Below, in pieces: positions 19,936 through 29,354 of a stretch of DNA of 64,000 nt. Each line of letters opens with the position of its first letter. Positions within the stretch are counted from its first letter, which is position 1. The DNA lies in the NCBI GenBank assembly GCA_012514745.1, contig JAAYZR010000006.1, forward strand, positions 37,889-101,888, in the 5' to 3' direction. This stretch comes from Candidatus Undivivens industriae (lineage in GTDB: Bacteria; Omnitrophota; Gorgyraeia; Gygaellales; Profunditerraquicolaceae). Under the pieces are notes generated by a model. That model saw nothing but the letters and a program-made list of their open reading frames with translations, was not told where the DNA came from and searched no databases. Made by a program: the position numbers and the translations under genes.

Positions 19936-21024
19936 CTACATTCCTTTCAATATACCTTCCATATCCACGTGGTCTTTTATCAGTTTGACCACTTCCTGAA
20001 TCTTATGCTTGTCGCGCGGGCGTATCTTTACCGTCATATCGTGGATACGCGAGGCGACATTATAGGTGTCGGTTTTTGCCAGCAGAACCGGTATCCGCGC
20101 CCTGGAAAGCAGTTCCATAATGGACGGGTCGGGAATGATCCCTCCGGAAAGAATGATCCCGGAAATGCGCAGTTTGTCCTTCTCACCTTCACGGACGCAG
20201 CCAAGCGCGGTCATTATCACGTCTTCCCTGTCCCCGGAAGTTATGAGCAGACTATCATCATCGAGATAACGAATTATATTCCGGGGCGTCATTGTCCCGA
20301 CGATAATCTTGCGTATGTATACCTCGATGAATTCCCTGCCGCAGAGCAGTTCGAAGTCGTTCTCTTCCAGTATCTGCTCTATACTGGGGTATGACAACGA
20401 CGGTTCGTAAGGCAACACCCCGAGGACCTTTATCCCTTTGCGTTCAAGCCCCTTTTTGACCAGGGCTTTCACTTTGTCAAGTTTTTCCGGCAGGACCTTG
20501 TTGATTATGACCCCGAGGACCTTGACTCCTTCCTTGTCGAAGAGCGCTTTGTTCAGGACTATCTCGTCTATCGGCCTTCCCACCCCGCCGGAAGAGATAA
20601 TTACCGCCTTGGAACCCAGCATCTTCGCCACCGCGGCGTTGGAATGATCGAAGACCGAACCGACTCCGGCGTGCCCGGTACCTTCTATGATCACCAAGTC
20701 CCTGCTTTTAGAGACCCTGCGAAAGGCGTCCTTGATCCTGCGCGATATCGCGGCGGCGCCCGGCCTTACGATGTAGTTCTCGGTGAAACCCCGCTCCACC
20801 GCTATCGGGCTCATATCCTTTATTCCGCCTTTTATGCCGCATACCTCCTCCAGGAGAAGAGAATCTTCGTCGAACTTAAGACCGTCCTCCTCGAGATAAC
20901 GCTGCCCTATAGGCTTGATGAAACCAACGCCCTTGAACCTGCGCTGAAAATTACAAACAAGGCCCAGGCTGACCGTAGTCTTTCCGTCATTTTGCTGCGT
21001 GGCGGCAATAAATATTTTCTTCAT
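19936..21024 (-). CDS. BioD-like P-loop + DRTGG protein (stand-alone Pta N-terminal region)
   Basis: QQNDGKTT, GFIKPIG, IIEGTGH, ITSGDREDV; start MKKIF at 21024. Confidence 0.88.
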   Translation of the reverse strand: MKKIFIAATQQNDGKTTVSLGLVCNFQRRFKGVGFIKPIGQRYLEEDGLKFDEDSLLLEEVCGIKGGIKDMSPIAVERGFTENYIVRPGAAAISRRIKDAFRRVSKSRDLVIIEGTGHAGVGSVFDHSNAAVAKMLGSKAVIISSGGVGRPIDEIVLNKALFDKEGVKVLGVIINKVLPEKLDKVKALVKKGLERKGIKVLGVLPYEPSLSYPSIEQILEENDFELLCGREFIEVYIRKIIVGTMTPRNIIRYLDDDSLLITSGDREDVIMTALGCVREGEKDKLRISGIILSGGIIPDPSIMELLSRARIPVLLAKTDTYNVASRIHDMTVKIRPRDKHKIQEVVKLIKDHVDMEGILKGM

Positions 21025-21034
21025 AAATTCCGTG

Positions 21035-21122
21035 AATTCCGGAGACACGATGCTCGTAAAGTATCATGTCTCCGCCGTAATTCCGGGGACAGGATACTCG
21101 TAAAGTATCGTGTCCCCGCCAC
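21035..21122. repeat. Two tandem 44-bp palindromic units (REP-like) related to the 22-bp repeat
   Basis: aattccGGAGACACGATGCT-cgtaa-AGTATCATGTCTCCgccgt and aattccGGGGACAGGATACT-cgtaa-AGTATCGTGTCCCCgccac. Confidence 0.85.
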
Positions 21123-21129
21123 ACCAGAA

Positions 21130-21444
21130 TTAGCGAAGCAACCCTTCGATCTTGCGCTTGAGCTCGCTCTTTCCAAGAGCCCCCACGGCCTGGTCCATCA
21201 CCTGCCCGTTCCGGAAAAACATCAGGGTGGGAATGGACATTATGCCGTACTTAGTCGGCGTGCGGGAGTTATCGTCTATGTTCATCTTTACGAATTTCAC
21301 CCGTCCGGCAAACTCTTTCTCCAGTTCGTCTATGACCGGAGAGAGCATCTTACAGGGGCCGCACCACGGCGCCCAGAAATCCACGATCACCGGCAAAAGG
21401 GATTTAAACACTTCATTCTCAAAAGCGTCATCGTTGATATTCAC
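21130..21444 (-). CDS. trxA: Thioredoxin
   Basis: VDFWAPWCGPC, IMSIPTL. Confidence 0.97.
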   Translation of the reverse strand: MNINDDAFENEVFKSLLPVIVDFWAPWCGPCKMLSPVIDELEKEFAGRVKFVKMNIDDNSRTPTKYGIMSIPTLMFFRNGQVMDQAVGALGKSELKRKIEGLLR

Positions 21445-21563
21445 GAGAAGGTCTCCTTCAATAGGGTTAAAAAGGGGAAATAAACCAAGGATAGAACCGC
21501 GCCTTAGGACGAAACTGCGGGAGAGGCTCTATGGCGGTAAAATACCATAAATCACGGTTTTTT

Positions 21564-23123
21564 TCAAGTTTTTTGTCCGGCTTTCCTGGCTTTCCCGGCG
21601 GGAATACGCGCCGGCAGAGGCACGGTCAGCGTAAACCTTGAATCGAAACCTTTTATGCCGCGCGCCGCGGAAGAAATACCGTTATCCACCAGATGCGGCG
21701 TCAACAGCACTACCAGCTCTTTTCGGATATGCTCTCTCGAGGTGCTCCGGAAAAGGGCTCCCAAAAAAGGGATATCGCCAAGCAGGGGGATCTTCCTAAG
21801 CGTGGAGGATTCCTCCTCTCTGTTCAGGCCGGCGATAAGCAGGGTCACGCCGTCCTTCAGCATCACGGTGGTCTCGGTCTCCGAAGTGCTTACAACCGGG
21901 ACCTGCGTCACTTTGCCCTCGGATATGATATCTTCCCGGCGGGAAGAACTTACTTCCGGGTGTATGCGCATTCTCACGCAGCCGTCGCCGTTCACGAAAG
22001 GCGTGACGAAAAGCTTTATCCCGACATCGATGAAATTCACGCTCTGGGCGGATATGCTGTCATCGCTCTCCAGCACGGATATGGAAGAAGTTATATAAGC
22101 GTCTTTAGTGCCGACCATGATCTTGGCTTCTTCGTTATTGAGGACCATTATGCGCGGGCTTGAAAGTATGCGCACCCGGCCAACGGTCCGAAGCATGTCT
22201 ATGACCGCTTTGTACTGGCCGGGTTCCTGCGGCGTGATCTGAGGCGTGCCGATCAGCAGACGGTCTGCCGCGCCCAGCGGGAGCTGGCCGCTGACGCGGA
22301 AATGCTTGTTGATCCAGTAATCCCAATCCACACCCATTTCGAACTTTTCTTCCGGGCTGATCTCTATTATCTGGGCGTCTATCAGCACCTGGCGCGGTTT
22401 TTCGTCGAACGCCGATACCAGCGCCGCGATCTCAGTGAGGCGGCGCGGATAATCTGTTACCGCGATCTTGTTGCTCTCCTCGTCCACGCGCAGCGACCCG
22501 CAGCCTGAAGTCAGCCTGTCCTGCAGCTTGGGAGCGAGTTTGGCGGCGCGCGCGAAACGCAGGGAAAATACCCTGGTCTCCGTGCCCGGGACATCGGCCT
22601 GCCGCAGATACTCCAGCATCTGGTCAAGCCTGGGCCGGTCGTCGATAATCATCAGCACATTCGAAAGATTGTCCGCTATCACCCTGCCCTGGGGGGATTT
22701 GATCTGTAGAAGCTGCTCCGCGAGGCTCCTGGCGGAGGCGTACTTCAATTTCACAGTCGCCCGCTCCAGACCGGAATTATACCTTTCACCGTGCAGGGCT
22801 TCGTATTCCCTCTGGGTGAACACGCGGTATATCCCGCCCCTGCGTTCACAGGCGAGATCATTGGACATCAATATCAACTCGAAAGCCGCCTCCGGTTCGA
22901 CATCTCTGACGAAAAGGGTCGTCTTGCCGCGGACACCGTTGCCGATAACTATGTTCATCCCCGCCTTTGACGCCACTTCCCGCAAGGCAGCCGTGATATC
23001 GGCATCGTTCATTTCCAGCGTGATCGGCCCTTCGCCTGCGGCCTGCGCGGCAACGCCGGTAATTCCGGAGGCGCAAAGACAAACGGCCAGCTGGACGCCG
23101 CAGATCTTAAAAAGAAATCTCAT
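21564..23123 (-). CDS. Secretin (GspD/PilQ family)
   Basis: Signal peptide, N0/STN and Secretin_N repeats, QVLIDAQIIE, KIPLLGDIPFLGALF, ELVVLLTP. Confidence 0.93.
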   Translation of the reverse strand: MRFLFKICGVQLAVCLCASGITGVAAQAAGEGPITLEMNDADITAALREVASKAGMNIVIGNGVRGKTTLFVRDVEPEAAFELILMSNDLACERRGGIYRVFTQREYEALHGERYNSGLERATVKLKYASARSLAEQLLQIKSPQGRVIADNLSNVLMIIDDRPRLDQMLEYLRQADVPGTETRVFSLRFARAAKLAPKLQDRLTSGCGSLRVDEESNKIAVTDYPRRLTEIAALVSAFDEKPRQVLIDAQIIEISPEEKFEMGVDWDYWINKHFRVSGQLPLGAADRLLIGTPQITPQEPGQYKAVIDMLRTVGRVRILSSPRIMVLNNEEAKIMVGTKDAYITSSISVLESDDSISAQSVNFIDVGIKLFVTPFVNGDGCVRMRIHPEVSSSRREDIISEGKVTQVPVVSTSETETTVMLKDGVTLLIAGLNREEESSTLRKIPLLGDIPFLGALFRSTSREHIRKELVVLLTPHLVDNGISSAARGIKGFDSRFTLTVPLPARIPAGKARKAGQKT

Positions 23124-23955
23124 ATAGCTTATCCCCTTTTGTCAGAATGACTCCGCCTTTCATAACACGCTCAAGCCTGAAACCGTTGATCTGCTGGCCG
23201 GGATAAAGGCGGATCTCTCTGCCTGACGATGTATCCTGCAGAAAAGCCGCCGGACCGGCGCCCAGGATTACTCCGGTAAGTTTCAAAGTCCCGTCTCCTG
23301 CATCCTCTGCGCCGCCGTCGGATGGAAACGGCTCTGTCCCGGTTTCCCGGAGTTTTCCGAACAGGCGGCCTTCTCCGATCTTTGCCCTTTTGTCCGCCGC
23401 GGGGACGGGCCGCGAGAAAAGCTCAACCGCTTTCGACGGATCGCTGCCGGCATTAAGCGGCAGGTCCAGCGCCGAGGAAACGACGAACCTCGCCTTGAGC
23501 AGGTCTTCTCCGAGCGGCAATACATCTATACGCGCCTTGTGGATCGTAAAGATATAGAGAGAAGTTTCCAGCGCGGATACAAACGACATCACTCCGTGCT
23601 CACTACCGGTTATTTCCGTTTCGAGGACAACCTTCCCGGGGCCGGCCGGGGAAACGCCGGCGCGCAGAGAAACCAGCTTGACGCCGCAGCCGGCGGTAAG
23701 GCTCTCGATCTCTCCTGCGGCGGACGCGGCATAAGAACGCACGCCTCCCCCGGCGGAAAAAGAAGGAGCAATGTCTTTTACGGAGAGCAATGAGTTCAAA
23801 GCGGCGCATCTTTTCCGGGCATCGGAAAGTGCCTGTTTTGCCGCGGTATAACCGCGGAAGAAATGACGAACGCATACCGCCGATAGAAGAACGGCGGCAG
23901 CGCATAAGGCAAAACACGCGTTCCTGGCCGCGGACGATATTGTCATTTGACCCAT
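23107..23955 (-). CDS. Probable PilO/GspM-like protein with C-terminal GspC/PilP-like domain
   Basis: N-terminal TM, coiled coil, ferredoxin-like middle; C-terminal LKLTGVIL...AAFLQD...GQQINGFRLERV; directly upstream of secretin. Confidence 0.55.
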   Translation of the reverse strand: MGQMTISSAARNACFALCAAAVLLSAVCVRHFFRGYTAAKQALSDARKRCAALNSLLSVKDIAPSFSAGGGVRSYAASAAGEIESLTAGCGVKLVSLRAGVSPAGPGKVVLETEITGSEHGVMSFVSALETSLYIFTIHKARIDVLPLGEDLLKARFVVSSALDLPLNAGSDPSKAVELFSRPVPAADKRAKIGEGRLFGKLRETGTEPFPSDGGAEDAGDGTLKLTGVILGAGPAAFLQDTSSGREIRLYPGQQINGFRLERVMKGGVILTKGDKLYEISF

Positions 23956-25385
23956 TCTCCCCTGAAGATTATTGTCCCCTCCGCGGCGGAACGCTCCATC
24001 CGCAATTCCCCGGGTTTCCAGGAGAGGAACACCGGGTTACGGGCGACTGCGGGCATGAATTCTTTCAGCGAATCCCACCCCTCCTGGCGTCCCTGAATGA
24101 CGAGCCTTTGCCCTCTTTCATAAACGAGACCGTTGAGCACTATGCCGTTATTCCCTGCGGCCTCGCGTATGCCCGATAACCGCCCGAAAAGGGTTTCTTC
24201 CTGCGACAGATCCCGTTCCCGCAAACGGAACACCCTGTTCCCGGCTCTTAAGATGGGAAGAGCGGCCTTCTCCATCCTACCCAGCGGGCCGGCGAAAACG
24301 CGCGTTTTTCTCCTTTCCGCGCCGGTCAGATAGCCTAAATACGCAGAAACAGCCGAAGTCAGAAGCGCGATTGCGGCGATGAAACAGGCGGCGCGGCGCT
24401 TCAAGATGCCTTCCGATCTCCGGGCTTTTATTTCAGGCAGGGAAAAATCTCCGCCGTGATCACGGCGTTCCCGTTCCGCATTAAGGCTCAAGCCGATAAG
24501 CGGGACGTAAAAAATCCCGTTCCCATTCCTTACTCCCGCGCCTCCCCGGCCGCGTATCCCGGCGAACACGCCCCCACAGGAAACAACATCCACATTTACT
24601 CCAATAAGGCCGGAAAGTTTCGCGGCCGTTTCGGCCGCGACGGACCGTCCGGGCCGGGTCAACAGGCATATCTCCCCGACCGGAGTTTCATCCACCTCTC
24701 TTGAATAATAATCAAGTACCGCCCTAGTTTCGGCGGCGAGGATACCGAAATAATTGCCGGAAGCCGGCACGCTGAAACTGCGCGCGTAAACTTGCGCGCC
24801 GTCATTCAGAAGGACCGCATCCCAGGAATGCCGGTAGGGGACCAATACCAGGGACAGCCCCTGCCTCCTGCCGCGGATCTCCCGAAAAATACCGGAGATA
24901 CCTTGCGTGGAAAGATGGAAATATATATTGTCCGCAGGAAAAAAACCGAAAAGCCGGCAGTATCTTGATATCTCGCCCCGGCTTGCCGCCATGAGGCTGA
25001 CCAGCGCGCCGGAATTCCCGTCCCTGCTTATTATCTCGCAGACGGAAACCACCTCTTCCTCGGGAAGTAACATCAATCTTCCGGCGTGTAAACGGCAGGC
25101 CTGCTCTATTTCGCCGGAAGAATTAGAAGGGATCCTAAGATGTTTCCAGGTTACGCGGTTCCTGGGCACAGAGACTATCAGGCATTCGGGGACGATCGGC
25201 ACCAGTTTATTTAATGCGGATTGGATGTCGCGGGAGAGTTCGGTATCGCTGGCGCGTATAGGCAGGTGTTTCTCGGCCAGCAGGCATAAAGCTCTCTTCC
25301 GGCTCCTGCGGCGCGAGAGGCCGGCGATTCTTAAACAGGAGTCTTCCAACTGGCAAACAAGGATCCCGGCTGTTCTTTTTCTCAA
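23943..25385 (-). CDS. Probable PilM/PilN (GspL-like) fusion, divergent
   Basis: IVSVPRNRVTWKHLRIPS...EIEQ resembles the actin-like GspL/PilM domain; one TM near residue 335; PilN-like tail (LVIQG). Confidence 0.55.
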   Translation of the reverse strand: MRKRTAGILVCQLEDSCLRIAGLSRRRSRKRALCLLAEKHLPIRASDTELSRDIQSALNKLVPIVPECLIVSVPRNRVTWKHLRIPSNSSGEIEQACRLHAGRLMLLPEEEVVSVCEIISRDGNSGALVSLMAASRGEISRYCRLFGFFPADNIYFHLSTQGISGIFREIRGRRQGLSLVLVPYRHSWDAVLLNDGAQVYARSFSVPASGNYFGILAAETRAVLDYYSREVDETPVGEICLLTRPGRSVAAETAAKLSGLIGVNVDVVSCGGVFAGIRGRGGAGVRNGNGIFYVPLIGLSLNAERERRDHGGDFSLPEIKARRSEGILKRRAACFIAAIALLTSAVSAYLGYLTGAERRKTRVFAGPLGRMEKAALPILRAGNRVFRLRERDLSQEETLFGRLSGIREAAGNNGIVLNGLVYERGQRLVIQGRQEGWDSLKEFMPAVARNPVFLSWKPGELRMERSAAEGTIIFRGEWVK

Positions 25386-25439
25386 TCGTCGGTCTTGGGG
25401 TTGAAAAGATTTGAACCGGCGCAGGTCAGACCAGGATGT

Positions 25440-25676
25440 CTATGCCAAGATGGAACAGATGACGTCCCCCACGGAAACGGTATCTCCGCAGGAAACCTTC
25501 AATTCGCCTATCCTGCCGGAACAGGGAGACGGGACGTTGAAAGCCGCTTTGTCCGCGGTGAGCTCGAATAAATCGGCGTCCTGTTTCACCGTATCTCCGG
25601 GTTCGCAATAAATGAACGTCACCCTGGCCTTTTCTATACCCGCGCCCAGGTACGGAACTTTTACCTCTATGTTCAT
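25440..25676 (-). CDS. Stand-alone lipoyl-domain protein
   Basis: GDTVKQDADLFELTADKAAFNVPSPCSG, DKA lipoylation motif, 78 aa; ATGA overlap with lipB. Confidence 0.88.
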   Translation of the reverse strand: MNIEVKVPYLGAGIEKARVTFIYCEPGDTVKQDADLFELTADKAAFNVPSPCSGRIGELKVSCGDTVSVGDVICSILA

Positions 25677-26347
25677 CTTTTGTTCTCCTCTATCCGTATG
25701 CCCCGCGGCCAGAAAACCTTAAGAAACGATTTTTTCATTTCCTCCAGAAGATCGGAATAAGCTAATTCCCGCGCGCGCGGCGCTTCCTCCTCAAGGCAGG
25801 TCATCTTTATGTCCATCCCGCACGGTCTGATCAGCGAATACGGCTGCATGTCGGCACTGCGTATGTTAACCGACAAACCGTGAAAAGAAACCCAGCGGCT
25901 GAAAGCCACGCCGATAGAACATATCTTACGGTTATCGGTCCATACGCCCGGTAACCCCTCTCTGCGGGAAGCGGCAATTCCGAAACTTCCCAGGAAACCA
26001 AGCACACATTCTTCCAATCTGCCGAGGAACCGGCCTATATCCCTGCCCAGGCAGGCGAGATTACAAACTGGATACACGGTGATCTGCCCGGGGCCGTGAT
26101 AAGATACGCCTCCGCCCCGGTTGACATAACGCAGATCTATGTTCTTTTCTTTTAAAATGCGGGGGTCCGCCAGGATGTCCGAGGCGCGGTGAGATGTCCC
26201 GCAGGTAATCACGGGGTGATGTGAGCAAAAGATGAGGAAATGCAATCCGGGATTGCCGGCGGCTTCGGCCAGGCATTCCTTTTGAACCCGCAGGGCGGCG
26301 TCGAAAGATGTCCGGCCGAGATCGATAACCCTCAGCACTTCTTCCAT
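25673..26347 (-). CDS. lipB: Octanoyltransferase LipB
   Basis: HHPVIT, RGGGVSYHGPGQ, KICSIG, FHGLSVN, IRPCG. Confidence 0.93.
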   Translation of the reverse strand: MEEVLRVIDLGRTSFDAALRVQKECLAEAAGNPGLHFLIFCSHHPVITCGTSHRASDILADPRILKEKNIDLRYVNRGGGVSYHGPGQITVYPVCNLACLGRDIGRFLGRLEECVLGFLGSFGIAASRREGLPGVWTDNRKICSIGVAFSRWVSFHGLSVNIRSADMQPYSLIRPCGMDIKMTCLEEEAPRARELAYSDLLEEMKKSFLKVFWPRGIRIEENKR

Positions 26348-26472
26348 AAAGAACTCCGCCTTAGAGTAATGAGTTTACGGAGTAGAGCCTCCCTCGAAAT
26401 GAAAGTAAAGACTCTTATGCGAAAAATACAAATCCGGCTGTATGATCGCTCCGGCGGCCGGCGGAGGAGTTA

Positions 26473-27396
26473 CTATACCGCACAAAGCGCCGAAAAAAGC
26501 TTCTTTAATCCTTCAGCCGACGCGCGTAATTTGCCGCTCTCCGCCGCGTCAAGCTCCAGCTCTATTACCTCCTGCACTCCGGAGCGCCCTATACGGCAAG
26601 GCACTCCTATGCACATACCGCGCAGGCCGTATTCGCCTTCCAGCATAAAAGAAACGCCTCGTATCCTGCGACTGTCCATAGCCACCGCCTTGACCAGGTC
26701 GCATATCGCGGCCGACGGAGCTATATACGCGCTGCCGTTGCCGAAATAAGAAACTATTTCCTGTCCGCGGCCCACCGTGCGTCTGACCGCTTCTTCCACG
26801 GCGTCGGCATCCATTGACGCGCTCAGCGGCTTGCCGTTGACGGTGGTAAAGCGGGGCAGAGGGATCATCCCTTCCCCGTGGCTGCCGATCACGCAGGCGC
26901 CTATGGATGAGACCGGGGCGCCGGCCATCTCCGACAATATATTGGCGAAACGCGAGGCATCCAGGGTCATCCCCATCCCGAAAACCCTGCCGCGGCTGAA
27001 ACCGGTAAGGCGCAACGCCAAGGCCGTCATTAAATCCAACGGGTTCGTGACTATTATGAGCACAGCCCCCGGAGCCGCATCTTTTATTTTTAAACAGGCC
27101 TCTTTCAATATGGCGGCGTTCTTATTCAGGAGGTCCTCACGGGTCATGCCCGGCTTGCGCGCCAGGCCGGCCGTAAAAACCACTATATCGGAACCGTTCA
27201 CGGCAGAGATATCCCCGCTGCCTTCGACTCGGCAATCGTAGCCGAGGACATTCCCGGCGTCGTTGATGTCGGCGGCTTTGCCTTTGGCCAGCCCCTCCGC
27301 TATATCCACGAGCACGACGTCTCCCAGGCGCTCCTGCGCTATGCGCATTGCCGCCGTGCCGCCCACATTCCCCGCGCCTATGACCGATATCTTCAT
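26473..27396 (-). CDS. mdh: Malate dehydrogenase (LDH-like)
   Basis: IGAGNVG, TAGLARKPGMTREDL (Arg specificity residue), VTNPLD, GSHG. Confidence 0.93.
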   Translation of the reverse strand: MKISVIGAGNVGGTAAMRIAQERLGDVVLVDIAEGLAKGKAADINDAGNVLGYDCRVEGSGDISAVNGSDIVVFTAGLARKPGMTREDLLNKNAAILKEACLKIKDAAPGAVLIIVTNPLDLMTALALRLTGFSRGRVFGMGMTLDASRFANILSEMAGAPVSSIGACVIGSHGEGMIPLPRFTTVNGKPLSASMDADAVEEAVRRTVGRGQEIVSYFGNGSAYIAPSAAICDLVKAVAMDSRRIRGVSFMLEGEYGLRGMCIGVPCRIGRSGVQEVIELELDAAESGKLRASAEGLKKLFSALCAV

Positions 27397-27444
27397 AGCG
27401 AAACCCAATGCTTCTTTCTCGATTAACCGCGTGCCGTAAGGGGA

Positions 27445-28533
27445 TTAAGTTTTTTTGAGGGCGGAGATTATCGCGTCCGCCATCTGCGATGTCCCCACGC
27501 TCGACGGATCGTTCCTGTCCGCCTTCAGGTCGTAAGTAACGCTCTTTCCTTCGGCAATCACGAGGCGGACGGCTTTTTCAAGCCTGTCCGCGGCGTTATC
27601 CTCTCCCAGATGCCTGAGCATGAGCACCCCGGAGAGTATCATCGCCGTCGGATTGACTTTGTTCATGCCGGCGTATTTTGGGGCCGAACCGTGCACCGCC
27701 TCGAATACGGCGTATTCTTCCCCGATATTGGCCCCCGGCGCAACGCCCAGCCCGCCTACCAGCCCCGCGGCGAGATCGGAAAGTATATCGCCGTAAAGAT
27801 TGGGCAGGACAAGCACGTCATAATTACGCGGCCTCTGCACCAATTGCATCGACATATTGTCAACTATCGCTTCTTCGAATTCAACGCGCCCTTCGTATTC
27901 TTGCGCGACTTCTCTTGCGGCCCTGAGAAAAAGCCCGTCCGTAAACTTCATTATGTTGGCCTTGTGCACCGCGGTTACTTTCTTGCGGCCGTATTTAAGG
28001 GCGTATTCGAAAGCGTAACGCGCGATGCGCTGCGACGCCGAACGGGAGATGGGTTTGATCGAGATACCGGAGTCGGAACGGATCTTCTTTCCGGATGCTT
28101 CGGAGATACGAGCGATCATCGCCCTGGTTTCCTCTTTGCCTTCCTCGAATTCTATCCCGGCGTAAAGGTCCTCGCTGTTCTCCCTCACTATAACCAGATT
28201 TATGTCGCTGAAGGCGCTGCGCACTCCGGGACAGGAACGGGCCGGCCTCACGCAAGCATAAAGGTCAAGCGCCTGGCGTATGGCGACGTTCACCGAACGG
28301 AAACCGCCGCCGATGGGAGTAATGATAGGCCCTTTCAAGGCCACCTTGTTCTTTTTCACGGAGTCCACCACCGCCTGCGGCAGAAGCTCTCCGAATTTCT
28401 CGAAAGCGGCCTGGCCCGCGATTACAGTCTCCCATTCTATCCGCACCCCGGTGGCCTCTACGCATCTGCGCGCCGCTTCGCTGACTTCCTGTCCTATTCC
28501 GTCGCCGGGTATAAGGGTAACTTTATACTTCAT
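27445..28533 (-). CDS. icd: Isocitrate/isopropylmalate dehydrogenase family, likely isocitrate dehydrogenase
   Basis: [27 protein letters not shown] (ICDH-type S/N/R), [24 protein letters not shown]; start MKYKV at 28533. Confidence 0.85.
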   Translation of the reverse strand: MKYKVTLIPGDGIGQEVSEAARRCVEATGVRIEWETVIAGQAAFEKFGELLPQAVVDSVKKNKVALKGPIITPIGGGFRSVNVAIRQALDLYACVRPARSCPGVRSAFSDINLVIVRENSEDLYAGIEFEEGKEETRAMIARISEASGKKIRSDSGISIKPISRSASQRIARYAFEYALKYGRKKVTAVHKANIMKFTDGLFLRAAREVAQEYEGRVEFEEAIVDNMSMQLVQRPRNYDVLVLPNLYGDILSDLAAGLVGGLGVAPGANIGEEYAVFEAVHGSAPKYAGMNKVNPTAMILSGVLMLRHLGEDNAADRLEKAVRLVIAEGKSVTYDLKADRNDPSSVGTSQMADAIISALKKT

Positions 28534-28561
28534 AACGATTGACCTTTCGATATTGATTTCC

Positions 28562-28774
28562 CGTCCAACGGCTACGGTAACCAAAGGAGTTCAAGCTATC
28601 TTTCCTTCCCCCGATGGGGATTAGTGCGCTGTTCAGTAAGTTTTTTAAACAGCGCACAGAATCCGCCGCTGAAAAGTCGGCGAGATAGTCTAATTGCGAC
28701 TTTCGATTTTCAAATACCGTAACCGAATGGCGATGAACGATACGGGCGTCGTAACCGTTAGACGCAGAACGGGC
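28562..28774 (-). repeat. Structured intergenic element, copy B (ncRNA motif or MITE-like)
   Basis: 19-bp and 13-bp boxes identical to copy A; nested stems whose mismatches become G-U pairs on the minus strand. Confidence 0.6.
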
Positions 28775-28778
28775 ATTT

Positions 28779-29279
28779 CTAAACTCTGAATCCCCCGTGT
28801 TTCTTGTAGTAATTGACCAGCCCGCCCTCGCCCAGCAGCGTCTGCATAAAAGCCGGAAAAGGTTTAATCCCGGACTCGCTGTTCTTGGTGAGATTCCTGA
28901 GTATGCCGGCATCAAGGTCTATGCTCAAAGAGTCTTTCTCGTCTATGCCGGAGGTATCGGCCTCTATCAGCGGCAGGCCGATGTTGAAACCGTTTCTGTA
29001 GAATATCCTGGCAAAAGACTTAGCCAGCACGGCGACTATGCCGCTCTCCCTGATTACCAGCGGCGCCTGCTCGCGCGAAGACCCCATACCGAAATTGCTT
29101 CCGGCCACGATCACGGAAACACCCGGTTTGATCTTGGATGGGAAAGCCGGGTCGATATCCTCCATTATGTGCTTCGCCAGCTCTTTCATATCGGTGATGG
29201 CGAACTTATACCTGCCGGAAATGATGAAGTCGGTATTTATGTTGTCGCCTAGTCTAATCGCTTCAGCATTAAACTTCAT
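28779..29279 (-). CDS. leuD: Isopropylmalate isomerase/homoaconitase/aconitase small subunit (LeuD/HacB type)
   Basis: GDNINTD, AGSNFGMGSSREQAP, SFARIFYRN. Confidence 0.9.
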   Translation of the reverse strand: MKFNAEAIRLGDNINTDFIISGRYKFAITDMKELAKHIMEDIDPAFPSKIKPGVSVIVAGSNFGMGSSREQAPLVIRESGIVAVLAKSFARIFYRNGFNIGLPLIEADTSGIDEKDSLSIDLDAGILRNLTKNSESGIKPFPAFMQTLLGEGGLVNYYKKHGGFRV

Positions 29280-29354
29280 TATCCCCCCTAATTCCGATTC
29301 TCGATCATCAGAAGTTTATGTAACAATGCAGTGTCGAAAATTCATGTTACACTG

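Noticed and set aside
21035-21122. Possible mini CRISPR array
   Set aside because: Two directly adjacent units with no unique spacers and no cas genes.
28566-28610. T-box or cobalamin riboswitch reading of the shared boxes
   Set aside because: TGGTTACC does not fit the T-box GGTGGNACC, and no B12-box is present.
29319-29351. TGTAACA-N19-TGTTACA inverted repeat between pilT and leuD
   Set aside because: A single short occurrence; cannot be distinguished from chance.
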